This document shows positions 37,997 to 48,459 of a stretch of DNA of 64,000 nucleotides, piece by piece (the stretch's first letter is position 1; each line of letters begins with the position of its first letter). Where the stretch lies: IMG/VR virus record IMGVR_UViG_3300033069_000781, positions 1 through 64,000 of that record. One strand, given 5' to 3'. The translations under genes were made by a program, and so were the position numbers. This DNA is from a virus (Duplodnaviria; Caudoviricetes). The notes beneath the pieces were generated by a model. It saw nothing but the letters and a program-made list of their open reading frames with translations. It made no database searches and was not told the DNA's origin.

Positions 37997-39610
37997 ATGA
38001 ACATTAATGACATGCGAGGTAACGGCGGGTCTGCTCTAGAGGGTGTCGAGTTTGTGCAGGAGTCATCAAAGCTGCATCCCTATCAGCTCTCCTGGAAGAA
38101 GCCTACTATATTTAAGCCATTTGGCTGTCCAACAGATGACGGGCAAGGTATTCAGCCTCAGTTTGATCCAGCTAATCCTGGCCAACTAACTGACTGGATC
38201 ACATCGGCCCCAATCGCTAGATCCGTGGGCCAAATGCGAAAGATCACGTTTAATACGGATCTACCACGGGATGAGCAGTCTCAGTTTAATGAGACGCCTT
38301 ATGAACGCTTCTATCGAGTACTCAAAGAAGCTTCAAAGAAAGATAACCGGATCGAGACACTTCTCTTTAAGGGTGGTAATGGTACAGGGGCCTGCGTACC
38401 CCGAGCAGCTAATTGTGGGATAATGCAGGGTGTGCTCTATATGCACAATGGTAAGGATTTCACCCAGCAGGGAAATAGCGCTAAGGCTAATATCTGTATG
38501 CTCCTGTCTGCATCAGCTACGGGGGCCCTAGCCAATCTAATTGAGTGGAAGAATCCAGATGGGTCCGTGATGATTAAGTCGCTATTTGGTAATCAACCCA
38601 ATATTAGCTTCTATTTCACACAGTCCGATACAGCAACTATGTTACCCCCGGGCTGGCAGGTCTTTGTGGATATGGAGGCTCAACAGGGTCCAAATCCTAG
38701 TGCTAAGCAGAACTCATCGGGCTTCCAGAGCTATACCTGTAAGGCTGTTGTACCACCCCCTCATATCCAGGTACCTACAGTACAGTATAATCTGGCTAAT
38801 TGGAAGCCTTGGAATAAGGTTGTTAAGGTGATGGGGGCTCAAGAGCAGATCAATCTGATCGCTACTGCCTTTGATCCTGCAATTGTAATGATGGCCTTCG
38901 AGGGGTCTGAATTTGAGGCCTATGTACCCGCATTCATCAAGAATGCTAGTAGGGTAATCAACTTCAATATGCAACCCATAAGTTATCAACAGCAGCCACA
39001 GCAGGGTCAACAGGGACAACCTCAGCAGGGTTACTACAATAACCCTAATCCAGCTTATTCACAGCCAATGAACCAACCTCAACAGACCTGGCAGAATCCT
39101 CCGCAGGGGTATCAGCAGCCCATGCAGGGGTATCAGCCACCAGCTGCGCCAATGCAGCCCGGTCAACCGGTATGGCAACAGCCTCAAGTTCAGGGCCAGC
39201 CCACTACATATACTAATGTCCCCCCTACCAACGGGTCAGTTCCGAATGGTATGACTCAGATGCCAAATCAATACCCACCCCCTGGTAATAGCAATCAGTG
39301 GCAACCACCGGTCCAGCAGGTACCACAAGGCATGCCATTCAATATGCCAACCGGTGGCGATGAGGAAATGCAGGGTATGATGCCTCCTATGAATGCGCAG
39401 GTACCCATGTCTATACCCATGAATCAACCTGGAGTATTCAATCCTAATTCAGCTATGACAAACCTGAATACAAGTGGTCCAGTTGGGGTAATCGATCCCA
39501 ATAGATTAAATGATGCTCAATCTAGGCTACAGAGTGTATTAGCTCAGCAAGCTATGAGAAATAATAGTCCAGCTACTACTCAGAATTTTAATCCTGCCGG
39601 TGTTCGATAA
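37997..39610 (+). CDS. putative ssDNA-binding protein with a long Q/P/N/G-rich disordered tail
   Basis: Sits between the polymerase and the recombinase; last ~210 aa are low complexity. Confidence 0.5.
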   Translation: MNINDMRGNGGSALEGVEFVQESSKLHPYQLSWKKPTIFKPFGCPTDDGQGIQPQFDPANPGQLTDWITSAPIARSVGQMRKITFNTDLPRDEQSQFNETPYERFYRVLKEASKKDNRIETLLFKGGNGTGACVPRAANCGIMQGVLYMHNGKDFTQQGNSAKANICMLLSASATGALANLIEWKNPDGSVMIKSLFGNQPNISFYFTQSDTATMLPPGWQVFVDMEAQQGPNPSAKQNSSGFQSYTCKAVVPPPHIQVPTVQYNLANWKPWNKVVKVMGAQEQINLIATAFDPAIVMMAFEGSEFEAYVPAFIKNASRVINFNMQPISYQQQPQQGQQGQPQQGYYNNPNPAYSQPMNQPQQTWQNPPQGYQQPMQGYQPPAAPMQPGQPVWQQPQVQGQPTTYTNVPPTNGSVPNGMTQMPNQYPPPGNSNQWQPPVQQVPQGMPFNMPTGGDEEMQGMMPPMNAQVPMSIPMNQPGVFNPNSAMTNLNTSGPVGVIDPNRLNDAQSRLQSVLAQQAMRNNSPATTQNFNPAGVR

Positions 39611-39617
39611 GTAATCT

Positions 39618-40937
39618 ATGGCTAAGAAAGCTAAAACAGAGATAGAGACAAATTCAAGTTCTGAAGCTTCCTTTTTCTCCCTCGCCAATAATTCCACAGA
39701 GTCTACTACTGAATCTACTGTTCCACAAAAGCCCACATCTACACCAGCCCCCTTCTTCACTAAGCTCCTAGATGCTAATAGAAAGAAGCATGGATCTAAA
39801 ACATTGATGGTTGGGTCGGAACAGAGAGTAATTGGTTTAGAGCCCTATAGTATTGCATTACAGTACATAATGGACTTGGAGGTTGTACCCCTCCAAGCCA
39901 TTATTAACATTGCTGGCGAAGAGAAGACCTATAAGACATCTATTGGTCTAGAGTTCTGTAAGATGTTCTTAGATCTACAACCCGTGCAAGGTATAGCAGT
40001 AGTGAATAATACTGAAGGTAAATGGTCACCCAGTAAGTCTAGATCAATGCTGGGCCATCACAACGATGTACTACAGGTAATCCAGAACAAGTCAGTAGAG
40101 GAATGGCAGGCTTCCGCTACATCTAACCTTCTACTAATGCAGGAGATAGTTGATAAGAAGAAAGATGCTATAGCTAAGAAGGCTAAAACTTCTGAGTATA
40201 AGGACATGGTTATTCCACCAATGATTATCATGGTGGATTCATTGACTGGTTCTCAATCCGATAAGATCGTTGAGACCGTACAGACCGAGGGCTTCGGATC
40301 CAAGACCTTCCAGGACCGTGCCTTGATTAATCATCAATTCTTCTCAACCTGGGGTTCTAATCTAATCGGAATGCCAGTAACAATTGTTATCACCAATCAT
40401 TTAAAGATTAAACTAGATGGTCAGCCAGGTATTAAGCAATATACCACTAGTGGTGGATCGGGGCCCAGCTTTATGTGTTCCATGGAGATTAGGGTCAAGA
40501 GAATCGGTGAGATCGATAAGACTTACATAGAGGGCGCTAAGCTTCTATGGAAGATGCATCACAATAGTCTAGGTAGGGATAAGAGACAGATCGAAGTCCA
40601 CTATATGGAAGGCTATGATGCAGAGGATAACCAGAAGGCCTACTTTGATTGGGATTCCACTCTAATCATGTGTCTTCTGGAGCGTCTAGAGGAATCAGCT
40701 TATAAGGACAGAATACTAGGAGTCCTAGGGGAATTCAATGAGTATCCCAAGGCTGGCTTTGGTAAGGTCTATAGTTGCGGCAGATTGGGTATAGATAAGG
40801 ATAAGGCTATAGATGAGGGAGTGGGAGCCACTGAGTTGGGCCGCATGTTGCAGACCGATCCAGTCATCCGGGAAGAATTAAAGGCTGCACTAAGAATACA
40901 GAAGGCAACTAAATGGACGCCTGATATCGAGATGTAG
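39618..40937 (+). CDS. recA: RecA/UvsX-like recombinase
   Basis: Divergent Walker A GEEKTYKT; TEGK; VDSL; TNHLK; SGG motifs. Confidence 0.75.
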   Translation: MAKKAKTEIETNSSSEASFFSLANNSTESTTESTVPQKPTSTPAPFFTKLLDANRKKHGSKTLMVGSEQRVIGLEPYSIALQYIMDLEVVPLQAIINIAGEEKTYKTSIGLEFCKMFLDLQPVQGIAVVNNTEGKWSPSKSRSMLGHHNDVLQVIQNKSVEEWQASATSNLLLMQEIVDKKKDAIAKKAKTSEYKDMVIPPMIIMVDSLTGSQSDKIVETVQTEGFGSKTFQDRALINHQFFSTWGSNLIGMPVTIVITNHLKIKLDGQPGIKQYTTSGGSGPSFMCSMEIRVKRIGEIDKTYIEGAKLLWKMHHNSLGRDKRQIEVHYMEGYDAEDNQKAYFDWDSTLIMCLLERLEESAYKDRILGVLGEFNEYPKAGFGKVYSCGRLGIDKDKAIDEGVGATELGRMLQTDPVIREELKAALRIQKATKWTPDIEM

Positions 40938-40939
40938 AT

Positions 40940-41278
40940 ATGACAAGAGCAGAAGCGATCGCAAATGTGAATAAAGAGGTCACGGTTTGGAATAGCCGTG
41001 ACCTCTTATACGAATTAGCCGTAATAACTGAATATAGGGCTGATGAGAATAGCTGTGAAGTAGAATTAGTCAGGGACGGTAGAGAACTAGTACTAACCCT
41101 TAACAATCTACACCTAGCTTCTCCGGAAGAGTTATCAGTTGATCTAGTCTCTGATGTCTCAGTGGAGACAGTGGAACTTCCCGATAACTTCGATAAAATC
41201 GATAGCGATGATTTTGATAGTACTACATGGGATGGGTTCTCGATGGACACAGAGGAAGACGAGGTAGATGCAGATTAG
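40940..41278 (+). CDS. acidic hypothetical protein
   Basis: Packed in an operon; acidic C-terminus. Confidence 0.65.
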   Translation: MTRAEAIANVNKEVTVWNSRDLLYELAVITEYRADENSCEVELVRDGRELVLTLNNLHLASPEELSVDLVSDVSVETVELPDNFDKIDSDDFDSTTWDGFSMDTEEDEVDAD

Positions 41279-41765
41279 TTCAGAATTCATAAATCACTTC
41301 AAAAAACATAATCTCGAATTTCAAAATAAGGATGAGAGATACTCGGAAACATTAGCCAAGAAGGTCCTAACCTCGCTTGGTTATATGACTTATAACAGGG
41401 ACAAAGATACACTACTCACAATCAATAATGATATCTTGACGGATATCGCATTAGACTCAAAAAAGGTATCGAAACCAATTACTCTAGATCAATTCGTCAA
41501 TGTAAAGTTTGCTAAGACTCAATATGTCAAGGCTTATGATGAGTTAAGACAGAACTGGCCTGATCGTGATAAGTTCGCTTTGATATTTGATTATCATGGT
41601 GATTCCATTGCAGACATGGTAATGCATAACTCAGCTAGTCTAGTACCTGAGGAGTCCAATACTTGGTCCTTCCGGTTAATTATTGGTGAGGACTCCTACT
41701 ATATCCAATCATTGAAGTCCTTCCTAGTAACATTTGGTAATAGGTACAAGAAGCACACAGATTGA
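41268..41765 (+). CDS. hypothetical protein
   Basis: Overlapping start; GAGG RBS. Confidence 0.7.
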   Translation: MQISSEFINHFKKHNLEFQNKDERYSETLAKKVLTSLGYMTYNRDKDTLLTINNDILTDIALDSKKVSKPITLDQFVNVKFAKTQYVKAYDELRQNWPDRDKFALIFDYHGDSIADMVMHNSASLVPEESNTWSFRLIIGEDSYYIQSLKSFLVTFGNRYKKHTD

Positions 41766-41780
41766 TTAAGGAGTATACGT

Positions 41781-42095
41781 TTGACCGATAATGAAGATCA
41801 AAAATTTGCGCAAGGTATTGTACTAAGACTACTTAATGAGGCCCATGGGTTGGATGCTATTGCTATAGAGGCCTTAATGGATAATAGGGTACATACCAAC
41901 AAGGAAATGGCTAACCATCCACACATAATAGTCGGTGGTACCGAGCAACGCCCTAGATTAGGCTCTATGGGTGTAATAAACGGCATTCTATCAGCCCTAG
42001 GAATTCCACTAGTTGCTATTGAGTACGATTACGAACATCCAGATGAGATAGTGAAATTTGTCCCATATGTGAAACCAGTACTAACCAATGGCTAA
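41781..42095 (+). CDS. hypothetical protein
   Basis: AAGGAG RBS with TTG start. Confidence 0.7.
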   Translation: MTDNEDQKFAQGIVLRLLNEAHGLDAIAIEALMDNRVHTNKEMANHPHIIVGGTEQRPRLGSMGVINGILSALGIPLVAIEYDYEHPDEIVKFVPYVKPVLTNG

Positions 42096-42987
42096 GAAAC
42101 CCAAAGAAATCGCAGTAACCAATAAACCTAAAGATGAGCTAATCCTAGAAGCAGTTAAGACTGCTAGAGGATTGGTCTGGCAACATATATCAAATACAAT
42201 TCAGTTATATTGGTCACTAGGTAAACTAGTGGCTGAACTAGATAGTGGATATGGTAAATCAGCCGTTCAAGAGTTTGCTACCAAGTTATCGGAATCACTT
42301 GGAAGGGAACAGGAGTTCGATGAGTCTACTCTATATAGGGCCAGACAATTCTTTACTAAGTTTGGAGTTGATCTACGAAATAGATTTCAAGGTAGTGGAG
42401 TCAGTTGGACCCAAGTAACTCAGGTCCTACCTGAAGATACCACATTAGTCATAGCCGCTATGAACCAGCTAGAAGAGGGTAAGATCAAAAGCTCTCAATT
42501 AGCTGCTACAGTTAGAGCTATGAGGGCTGGTGACGGTGATCCCGAAGCTAATAAGCAATTACAAGCAAATGATCCAGAATCAACCGATAGAGCAATCCTG
42601 GATTCTACAGACCTCACCTCTGATACAGCTGAAAATAACCCAACCGACTCAGTTGGTTCAGGACAGTCCGCTAAGTCCTCTGAAATGGATGATAGTGGGA
42701 CGCAAGGAGATAACACTCCAGATCGAAGAGAGGATCATAAACCTGAGTCCCCAGAGGATAGATTGGGTGATCCAGCAACATTTGATCGAGAAGTAAGAAA
42801 GGCTGAGGCCTCTATTACAGGTGTGATTGACGTAATGGGCACCCTATTTATATTGCTCGATAAATTCAATAAGTTCGATAAGGATATCCAGAAGAAATAT
42901 AAGAAAGATCTTGTTGCTCTTCGTGAATCCCTGAGTAACTTAAGCCAGTCCGCTGGTCCGATCTACAAGGCACTCCAAGCCCTATAA
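42088..42987 (+). CDS. DUF1016 (YhcG) N-terminal-like domain protein
   Basis: LYWSLGK...GYGKSAVQEFATKL...F.ESTLYRARQF pattern. Confidence 0.65.
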   Translation: MAKKPKEIAVTNKPKDELILEAVKTARGLVWQHISNTIQLYWSLGKLVAELDSGYGKSAVQEFATKLSESLGREQEFDESTLYRARQFFTKFGVDLRNRFQGSGVSWTQVTQVLPEDTTLVIAAMNQLEEGKIKSSQLAATVRAMRAGDGDPEANKQLQANDPESTDRAILDSTDLTSDTAENNPTDSVGSGQSAKSSEMDDSGTQGDNTPDRREDHKPESPEDRLGDPATFDREVRKAEASITGVIDVMGTLFILLDKFNKFDKDIQKKYKKDLVALRESLSNLSQSAGPIYKALQAL

Positions 42988-42989
42988 AT

Positions 42990-43340
42990 ATGAAGATAGC
43001 TGAAATAGAGAAGCTGCCGCCCCAGGAGAAACTACTCCTGATTAAGACTGCCCTAGATATACTTCAAGGTCTAGACCTACTCTATAAACAGAACTTGAGA
43101 TTAAATAGTGATCTATTGGATCCAAGGACTGTAATGGATATCACTAATCTACAGGGTACCCTTTTGGGGATAAAGAATAGGTATATCTCAATGAGAGATC
43201 AGAACAGAAAGCAGGTCAATCCATCTGTTGTGATGAAGGATATTAAGACCTATAGATTTGGTGATTACACGCTTACTGACGAGGAGACCGATGAGCAGAT
43301 CTATCTATTGCTCACTGATAGTAAGGATAATCTGTTCTAA
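42990..43340 (+). CDS. hypothetical protein
   Basis: Packed in an operon. Confidence 0.65.
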   Translation: MKIAEIEKLPPQEKLLLIKTALDILQGLDLLYKQNLRLNSDLLDPRTVMDITNLQGTLLGIKNRYISMRDQNRKQVNPSVVMKDIKTYRFGDYTLTDEETDEQIYLLLTDSKDNLF

Positions 43341-43341
43341 A

Positions 43342-43941
43342 CTAGATCTCTTTAGCTAGTTGAATCTCTAGTTCACCAATAATTCCAATGACTTTATCGT
43401 AGACCAAATTATCGGGGACTGATTCAGTTATACCCCTAAGCTTCTTATTGAGTAGAACTAGTTCAGGTCTACGTCTACGAATGAATAGTCTACGGCGGGC
43501 TTCATGGTAACTAATCACTACTGGATCGAACTGATCTAGTCTAGAGTTCTTGGAGACTAATCCTCTCCAGTTCGAAAGTGCCGCTCTAGTAGACTTAAAT
43601 ACTTTTAAGGTCTCTATCGATCTAGCGGGTTTATCGAGACCCCTGCCTACATAGAAGTAATGATTATTACTATCAATGAATTGTAATAGATAACCCTCTT
43701 CAGGTTTTTTACTTATATCCAGCTTTAGGCATTTATCTATCTTTGTTTCGATACGAGTAGCAATAGAATCACACATAGATAATACAACTACTCGATTAGC
43801 GATATCCATGGAGACGACAACTGCTATATAAGCATCTAATTCAGAGTCATCTTCAACCATATATAGCACAGGATCATTAATCTTTATTACATTACCCATA
43901 GGGTCGAATAGATCTAAATTAATCTGAGTATTAATGTCCAT
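43342..43941 (-). CDS. hypothetical protein
   Basis: 199-aa ORF filling the gap; TAGACT -10-like box 7 nt before the ATG. Confidence 0.7.
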   Translation of the reverse strand: MDINTQINLDLFDPMGNVIKINDPVLYMVEDDSELDAYIAVVVSMDIANRVVVLSMCDSIATRIETKIDKCLKLDISKKPEEGYLLQFIDSNNHYFYVGRGLDKPARSIETLKVFKSTRAALSNWRGLVSKNSRLDQFDPVVISYHEARRRLFIRRRRPELVLLNKKLRGITESVPDNLVYDKVIGIIGELEIQLAKEI

Positions 43942-43971
43942 ATGTATTAGTCTAATCTCAAAGGAATCAAA

Positions 43972-45432
43972 ATGACAACCACCAAGACGAAAATCAAATC
44001 AAAAAAGAATTCTGTTCCCGTGAATGATATCTCTAATTTTTTCCGAATTCATTGCGAGGGACGAAAGGCTGAGCTACATAAACTTGGAGCAGTAATTGGC
44101 CAATCCGATATTATTCGTTTCGCCAAAATTAAGCGGTATTATGATCTATATGATATGCTTCTTAATACCCACGAGAATAGGGACGGCTATGTAGTAGAAG
44201 ATGCTGACGGTTATGTGTCGGATGAATCAAATCTAACTAGTCTGCCTCGATTCCTGCCTAGCTTTAATTCATTCATGAAGAATGGAGAGATGACGGGCCC
44301 CGCAGTTATCCTGGACTCGACCTATCTTGCGTTTAAGTACTGCAATGACCGCGAGAACATCGTGTTTGTAAATATCCACACTAATACAGTCCATGGTGTT
44401 GTTAATCTATTTACGGATAAGATGAGTCATTCATCGTTATCAGACATAGCTGAGTTTAACGGCGAGTTTTCTAAACAATTCGCCCCCGAGGGCGTGCTGG
44501 TCCAGATGAAGGGTCAGAAGGGTTACTCATTGCTCATTAATGCCGATCAGGATAGTCCTGATATGAATGTGTATGCTGCGAATAATGATTTGCTTGGGCG
44601 TATTTCAGGGGCCACAGTAAGCTTTAATTGTATTGGTCGCTTCTTCGACTCCAAGGAAGGTAACGATGGGTATGAAGGGTTCGTTGAGGCCGCCCTGGAT
44701 GCTCTATCCGATGGTGGTCTAACTCTACTGGATTACACAAATGATTCCGAGAAGGTAGCGCCAAAGGAGGCCGTCACCTACTTTAATTCACACAATGAAG
44801 CAGATGAAAATTTCTCATGGGCTAGCAGAATGAGGCAGCTAGTGCTCAAGTTCCCGGGGGCAGTCAAGGATGGTTACAGTTTTGTTAGTGGTGGCGCAAA
44901 TGGGCATGAAAATGATCCAATTAGACTTCATAGGTGTGGTTATTGCCTCTTCGCACTCTCAAACGGTAATCGGGTAATCTTCGGGCAAGATGAAGGCACC
45001 TACTTCGGTTCAGAATTCCCCGGTGAAGCTACAACTGTTACCCAAGCACTAAAGGAGCTCAAGCCCCTAGAGATTCGAAACACCACTGGACTCATGCGTC
45101 AAGGCGAATGGTTCCTTGAGCCAGTAGCCGCTGATGATGTTCCCCATACACCCCAGACCATTGCTATGGATCTATCCGATGCCAAAGTCGGTGAGGATGA
45201 AGGGGTAATTCTACCCAAGGATAGTCCCGACTCAGCAGATCACAGAATTGAGAGCTCAGATCAGGTGGTTGTTGGTAAGGATGGGTTTGTTTATGCCTTG
45301 AATCCCACTCTTACCCATATGCATGTTGATAGTGGCGATTCCGATCATGCCCCCGTTACCTATAGCGATGGCTGGGTCAGATTCCTTCGTAATACCGCTA
45401 CTCGCTCCTTCTCAGTTAAGGGCGTCGATTAA
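43972..45432 (+). CDS. hypothetical protein with an RQGEWF motif
   Basis: 486 aa; AAGGAA RBS. Confidence 0.8.
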   Translation: MTTTKTKIKSKKNSVPVNDISNFFRIHCEGRKAELHKLGAVIGQSDIIRFAKIKRYYDLYDMLLNTHENRDGYVVEDADGYVSDESNLTSLPRFLPSFNSFMKNGEMTGPAVILDSTYLAFKYCNDRENIVFVNIHTNTVHGVVNLFTDKMSHSSLSDIAEFNGEFSKQFAPEGVLVQMKGQKGYSLLINADQDSPDMNVYAANNDLLGRISGATVSFNCIGRFFDSKEGNDGYEGFVEAALDALSDGGLTLLDYTNDSEKVAPKEAVTYFNSHNEADENFSWASRMRQLVLKFPGAVKDGYSFVSGGANGHENDPIRLHRCGYCLFALSNGNRVIFGQDEGTYFGSEFPGEATTVTQALKELKPLEIRNTTGLMRQGEWFLEPVAADDVPHTPQTIAMDLSDAKVGEDEGVILPKDSPDSADHRIESSDQVVVGKDGFVYALNPTLTHMHVDSGDSDHAPVTYSDGWVRFLRNTATRSFSVKGVD

Positions 45433-45435
45433 TCT

Positions 45436-46386
45436 ATGCGGAAAAACTATGAATGGTTGAATGGTTATAACCCAGAAGTTACACATACAAAGCCAGAAGC
45501 AGTAATGTATGACGTAATGTATGGGGATGCTAGGCAGGAGATCAAATGCCTAGACCACGGATTTGTAGCTCTAATAGATGTCATGCCTAGGCTTGTGCCA
45601 GTAGGCAGGACCGCTGATTCAGCAGCGGTTCAAGCTGCCAGGGTAAGTTATGGTAATGGTACAAAGCAAGTCTCAGATGATACTGGCCTAAGTCGGTACC
45701 TACTTAGCAATGATCATAACACACCAATTGAAATGATCGAGTTCAAGTTTCACTTGGCTATGCCGCTCTTCATTTGCCAGCAATGGCTACGACACCGAAC
45801 TGCCTCCGTTAACCAGCAGTCTGGGCGTTACTCAGTTATGATTGATAAGTTCTATAGACCTGAAGTTGTCAGGGGCCAAAGTAGTACCAATAAGCAGGGT
45901 AGCTCGGGTATAGTTGGCGAAGAGGAAACTAGATTCTATTTAGATTATCTTAATCGGGCTGAAGATCTTTACTACCGATATGAGCAATCAATAGAGGATG
46001 GGGTAGCCCGAGAACTAGCCCGAATAGGGCTACCGGCCTCAATCTACACCGAGCTGTACTGGAAACTGGATCTACATAACCTGCTACATTTCCTTAGGTT
46101 AAGGATGGATACCCATGCCCAAGAAGAGATTAGAGTCTACGCTGGAGCAATCCTACGATTAATTGAACCAATTGTTCCAGTACTAATTAAAGCATTCTTT
46201 GACTATAGGCTTAATTCAATAAGCTTCTCAGATCCAGAATTAGCTATAATTAAGGAAATCTGTACAATTAGTCTAAGTAATGAGTTAATCTCAGAGCAAT
46301 ATAAAGACTCGATAAGTAAACGAGAAATGATCGGATTTTTAACTAAGTTGGACGATCTATCTACTAGATCAAAATTGGAGAAGTAA
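45436..46386 (+). CDS. thyX: flavin-dependent thymidylate synthase
   Basis: AARVSY, H.TP.E, RHRTAS.NQQSGRY, ARELARIGLP, NLLHFLRLR and HAQ.EIR motifs. Confidence 0.95.
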   Translation: MRKNYEWLNGYNPEVTHTKPEAVMYDVMYGDARQEIKCLDHGFVALIDVMPRLVPVGRTADSAAVQAARVSYGNGTKQVSDDTGLSRYLLSNDHNTPIEMIEFKFHLAMPLFICQQWLRHRTASVNQQSGRYSVMIDKFYRPEVVRGQSSTNKQGSSGIVGEEETRFYLDYLNRAEDLYYRYEQSIEDGVARELARIGLPASIYTELYWKLDLHNLLHFLRLRMDTHAQEEIRVYAGAILRLIEPIVPVLIKAFFDYRLNSISFSDPELAIIKEICTISLSNELISEQYKDSISKREMIGFLTKLDDLSTRSKLEK

Positions 46387-46389
46387 TAT

Positions 46390-46644
46390 ATGGCACGTAC
46401 AAAAGTTGAAGTCAATAAATCAGAACTACAGGCGCAGATCAATACAGCTGAGGCCAATGGTGCCCTAGCCGGCCTCTCAGAGCTATTCGATAAGATAGCG
46501 GCTACGGAATGGGCGACCTCTAAGAACTATACTGCATCAATTCTTAGAGCTCGTACAGTCGAGTTTAATATCCCAACAAAGACCCTGAAGGGTAAGCCGG
46601 GCCGTAAAGCGAGCACTGCGCCAGCCCAGGCTCCCACTACTTAA
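46390..46644 (+). CDS. hypothetical protein
   Basis: Packed in an operon. Confidence 0.65.
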   Translation: MARTKVEVNKSELQAQINTAEANGALAGLSELFDKIAATEWATSKNYTASILRARTVEFNIPTKTLKGKPGRKASTAPAQAPTT

Positions 46645-46932
46645 TTGATGCCTAAGCTATTGAATCCTACATCTATGGATGTAAACTTTGAACCCAATAT
46701 ACCTGAGTTGGCAATAAATAAACTAAACAATGGTCCCGGAGTAGTCAAATACGATGTGACATTGGTTAGGGGTAAATGGCCATCTAATACTGATTTGATC
46801 GATATATGTGATAAGGGCATGGATCCGTTAACTGGCCAACCATTAATCAGGAATATGCACTACGGAGGGCAGGTTCATAAATATATGGAACATGGCAAAG
46901 ATAAAGCATTTGTTGAAGTCTATATAGAGTAA
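46645..46932 (+). CDS. hypothetical protein
   Basis: Packed in an operon. Confidence 0.65.
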   Translation: MMPKLLNPTSMDVNFEPNIPELAINKLNNGPGVVKYDVTLVRGKWPSNTDLIDICDKGMDPLTGQPLIRNMHYGGQVHKYMEHGKDKAFVEVYIE

Positions 46933-46943
46933 TTAATGCATTC

Positions 46944-46973
46944 ACCAATTCTTGCAGGCCTGCAAGAATTGGT
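46944..46973. repeat. 30-bp perfect palindrome, copy 2
   Basis: ACCAATTCTTGCAGG|CCTGCAAGAATTGGT. Confidence 0.9.
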
Positions 46974-47251
46974 CTCTATTTTTGGATCACTAGAGGAGTA
47001 AAAAATGATAGAAACTAATCAGTCCTTAGAAAAGTCCTCGAAATGTCCCACTATTAATCCTAAGCTCAGATATAGATATAGATTTCATAATCAACTTGGT
47101 CTAATGGTTCTCTCTAGACCTAGACCAAGCAATATCTTTGCGAAGTATAAAATAGATCGTAATCGATCATTTATTTGAAGTAATATGAATAGATAGATAT
47201 AAGTCTGGGTGTTCTAGCGAATACCCAGACTTTTGAGGACCAATACCATAT

Positions 47252-48448
47252 ATGGCACTTGTCAATAGATATATCACAACCACTGGTAATACTGCATCTG
47301 GTAACTCGGAGGCTAATGCCTGGAGCCCGTATACAGATGCTACTCACGGGTTTCAAAGTACTGCGATTAAGGCTACGACTACCTCAGAGATATTAGCTAT
47401 GAGTGCCGGTGATATCTACTGTATAAATGTAAAAGCTGGAGCCTATTCGACATCAGCAGCTTTTGCATTGGTCGCTGCACATGGTACTACCTCATATCTA
47501 AAGCCTATCTGGTTAAGAGGTTATAAAACAACTCCTGGGGATCTCGATTATTTAGTCTATGGCGGGCCCTCTCAGACCTTTCCTAGTGGATCCTCTGAGA
47601 TTCCGACATTTACCAATAATACTAAATTTGGCGTCGATGTATCCTCACCAATAAATAACGTAATTATCACCGGATTCGATGTGACAGGTTCACAAGGCAG
47701 CTCATTAGCCTATGTTCATGGAACCTCACTAATTGCAGGATGCAAGGTCACAAACACAATAAGTAATGCGAGTGGTGGAGCTATTGGTTTCCAAGCCAAT
47801 AGTTATGTAGTTAGCAATAGAGCGATATGTTCTGGTACCACAATAGGATCAGCATATGGGGCTATACAAGGTGCTAACTTTGGGTATGTAATTGGCAATT
47901 ACATCGATGCTGGTTATCTCTGTGGTATAGGTGGAGCTAACGCTGGCCTAGTCATACTCAATAACGTAATTAAAGGTTCAGTTAATAGTGCTAATGGTAT
48001 CAGTCCCGGTGTAACTGCGGCTAACCTCACAATTATAGGTAACACTATCTATGGCTTTACGCATGCAACTTATGGGATAGGCATAAATTTAGGTAGTGCA
48101 TCTGCTTCAGGTGCTGGTATCTCCTTAGTAATGAACAATAAGATCATGGATTGTAGACTAAGGATCAATGCTAATACTACGGGTGGTGGATATGATATTA
48201 TCGAGATAAATAATCTCTATAGATCATCGGGCACAAACGTTCCTGGATTCATGCCATCACAATTTAATAACTCGACTACCAGTAGTGGTTTAGCTTTTGA
48301 TTTTATTAATGCTAGTGGTGGAGATTTTAGACCAGTCATATTGGGCGGTTCTGGGCTCAATGATTCGATGTTCCTTGGAGCAGTTGGGGCCTTACAATTA
48401 CCTCCTAGAGCAGGTATAGGAATCCCACGCTATCTCAGCAGAGGCTAA
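47252..48448 (+). CDS. right-handed beta-helix (pectin-lyase-like) virion/fibre protein
   Basis: G/N/I-rich periodic motifs (IGNYI, ILNNVI, IIGNTI); ends GAVGALQ. Confidence 0.65.
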   Translation: MALVNRYITTTGNTASGNSEANAWSPYTDATHGFQSTAIKATTTSEILAMSAGDIYCINVKAGAYSTSAAFALVAAHGTTSYLKPIWLRGYKTTPGDLDYLVYGGPSQTFPSGSSEIPTFTNNTKFGVDVSSPINNVIITGFDVTGSQGSSLAYVHGTSLIAGCKVTNTISNASGGAIGFQANSYVVSNRAICSGTTIGSAYGAIQGANFGYVIGNYIDAGYLCGIGGANAGLVILNNVIKGSVNSANGISPGVTAANLTIIGNTIYGFTHATYGIGINLGSASASGAGISLVMNNKIMDCRLRINANTTGGGYDIIEINNLYRSSGTNVPGFMPSQFNNSTTSSGLAFDFINASGGDFRPVILGGSGLNDSMFLGAVGALQLPPRAGIGIPRYLSRG

Positions 48449-48459
48449 CCTAATCCTAT

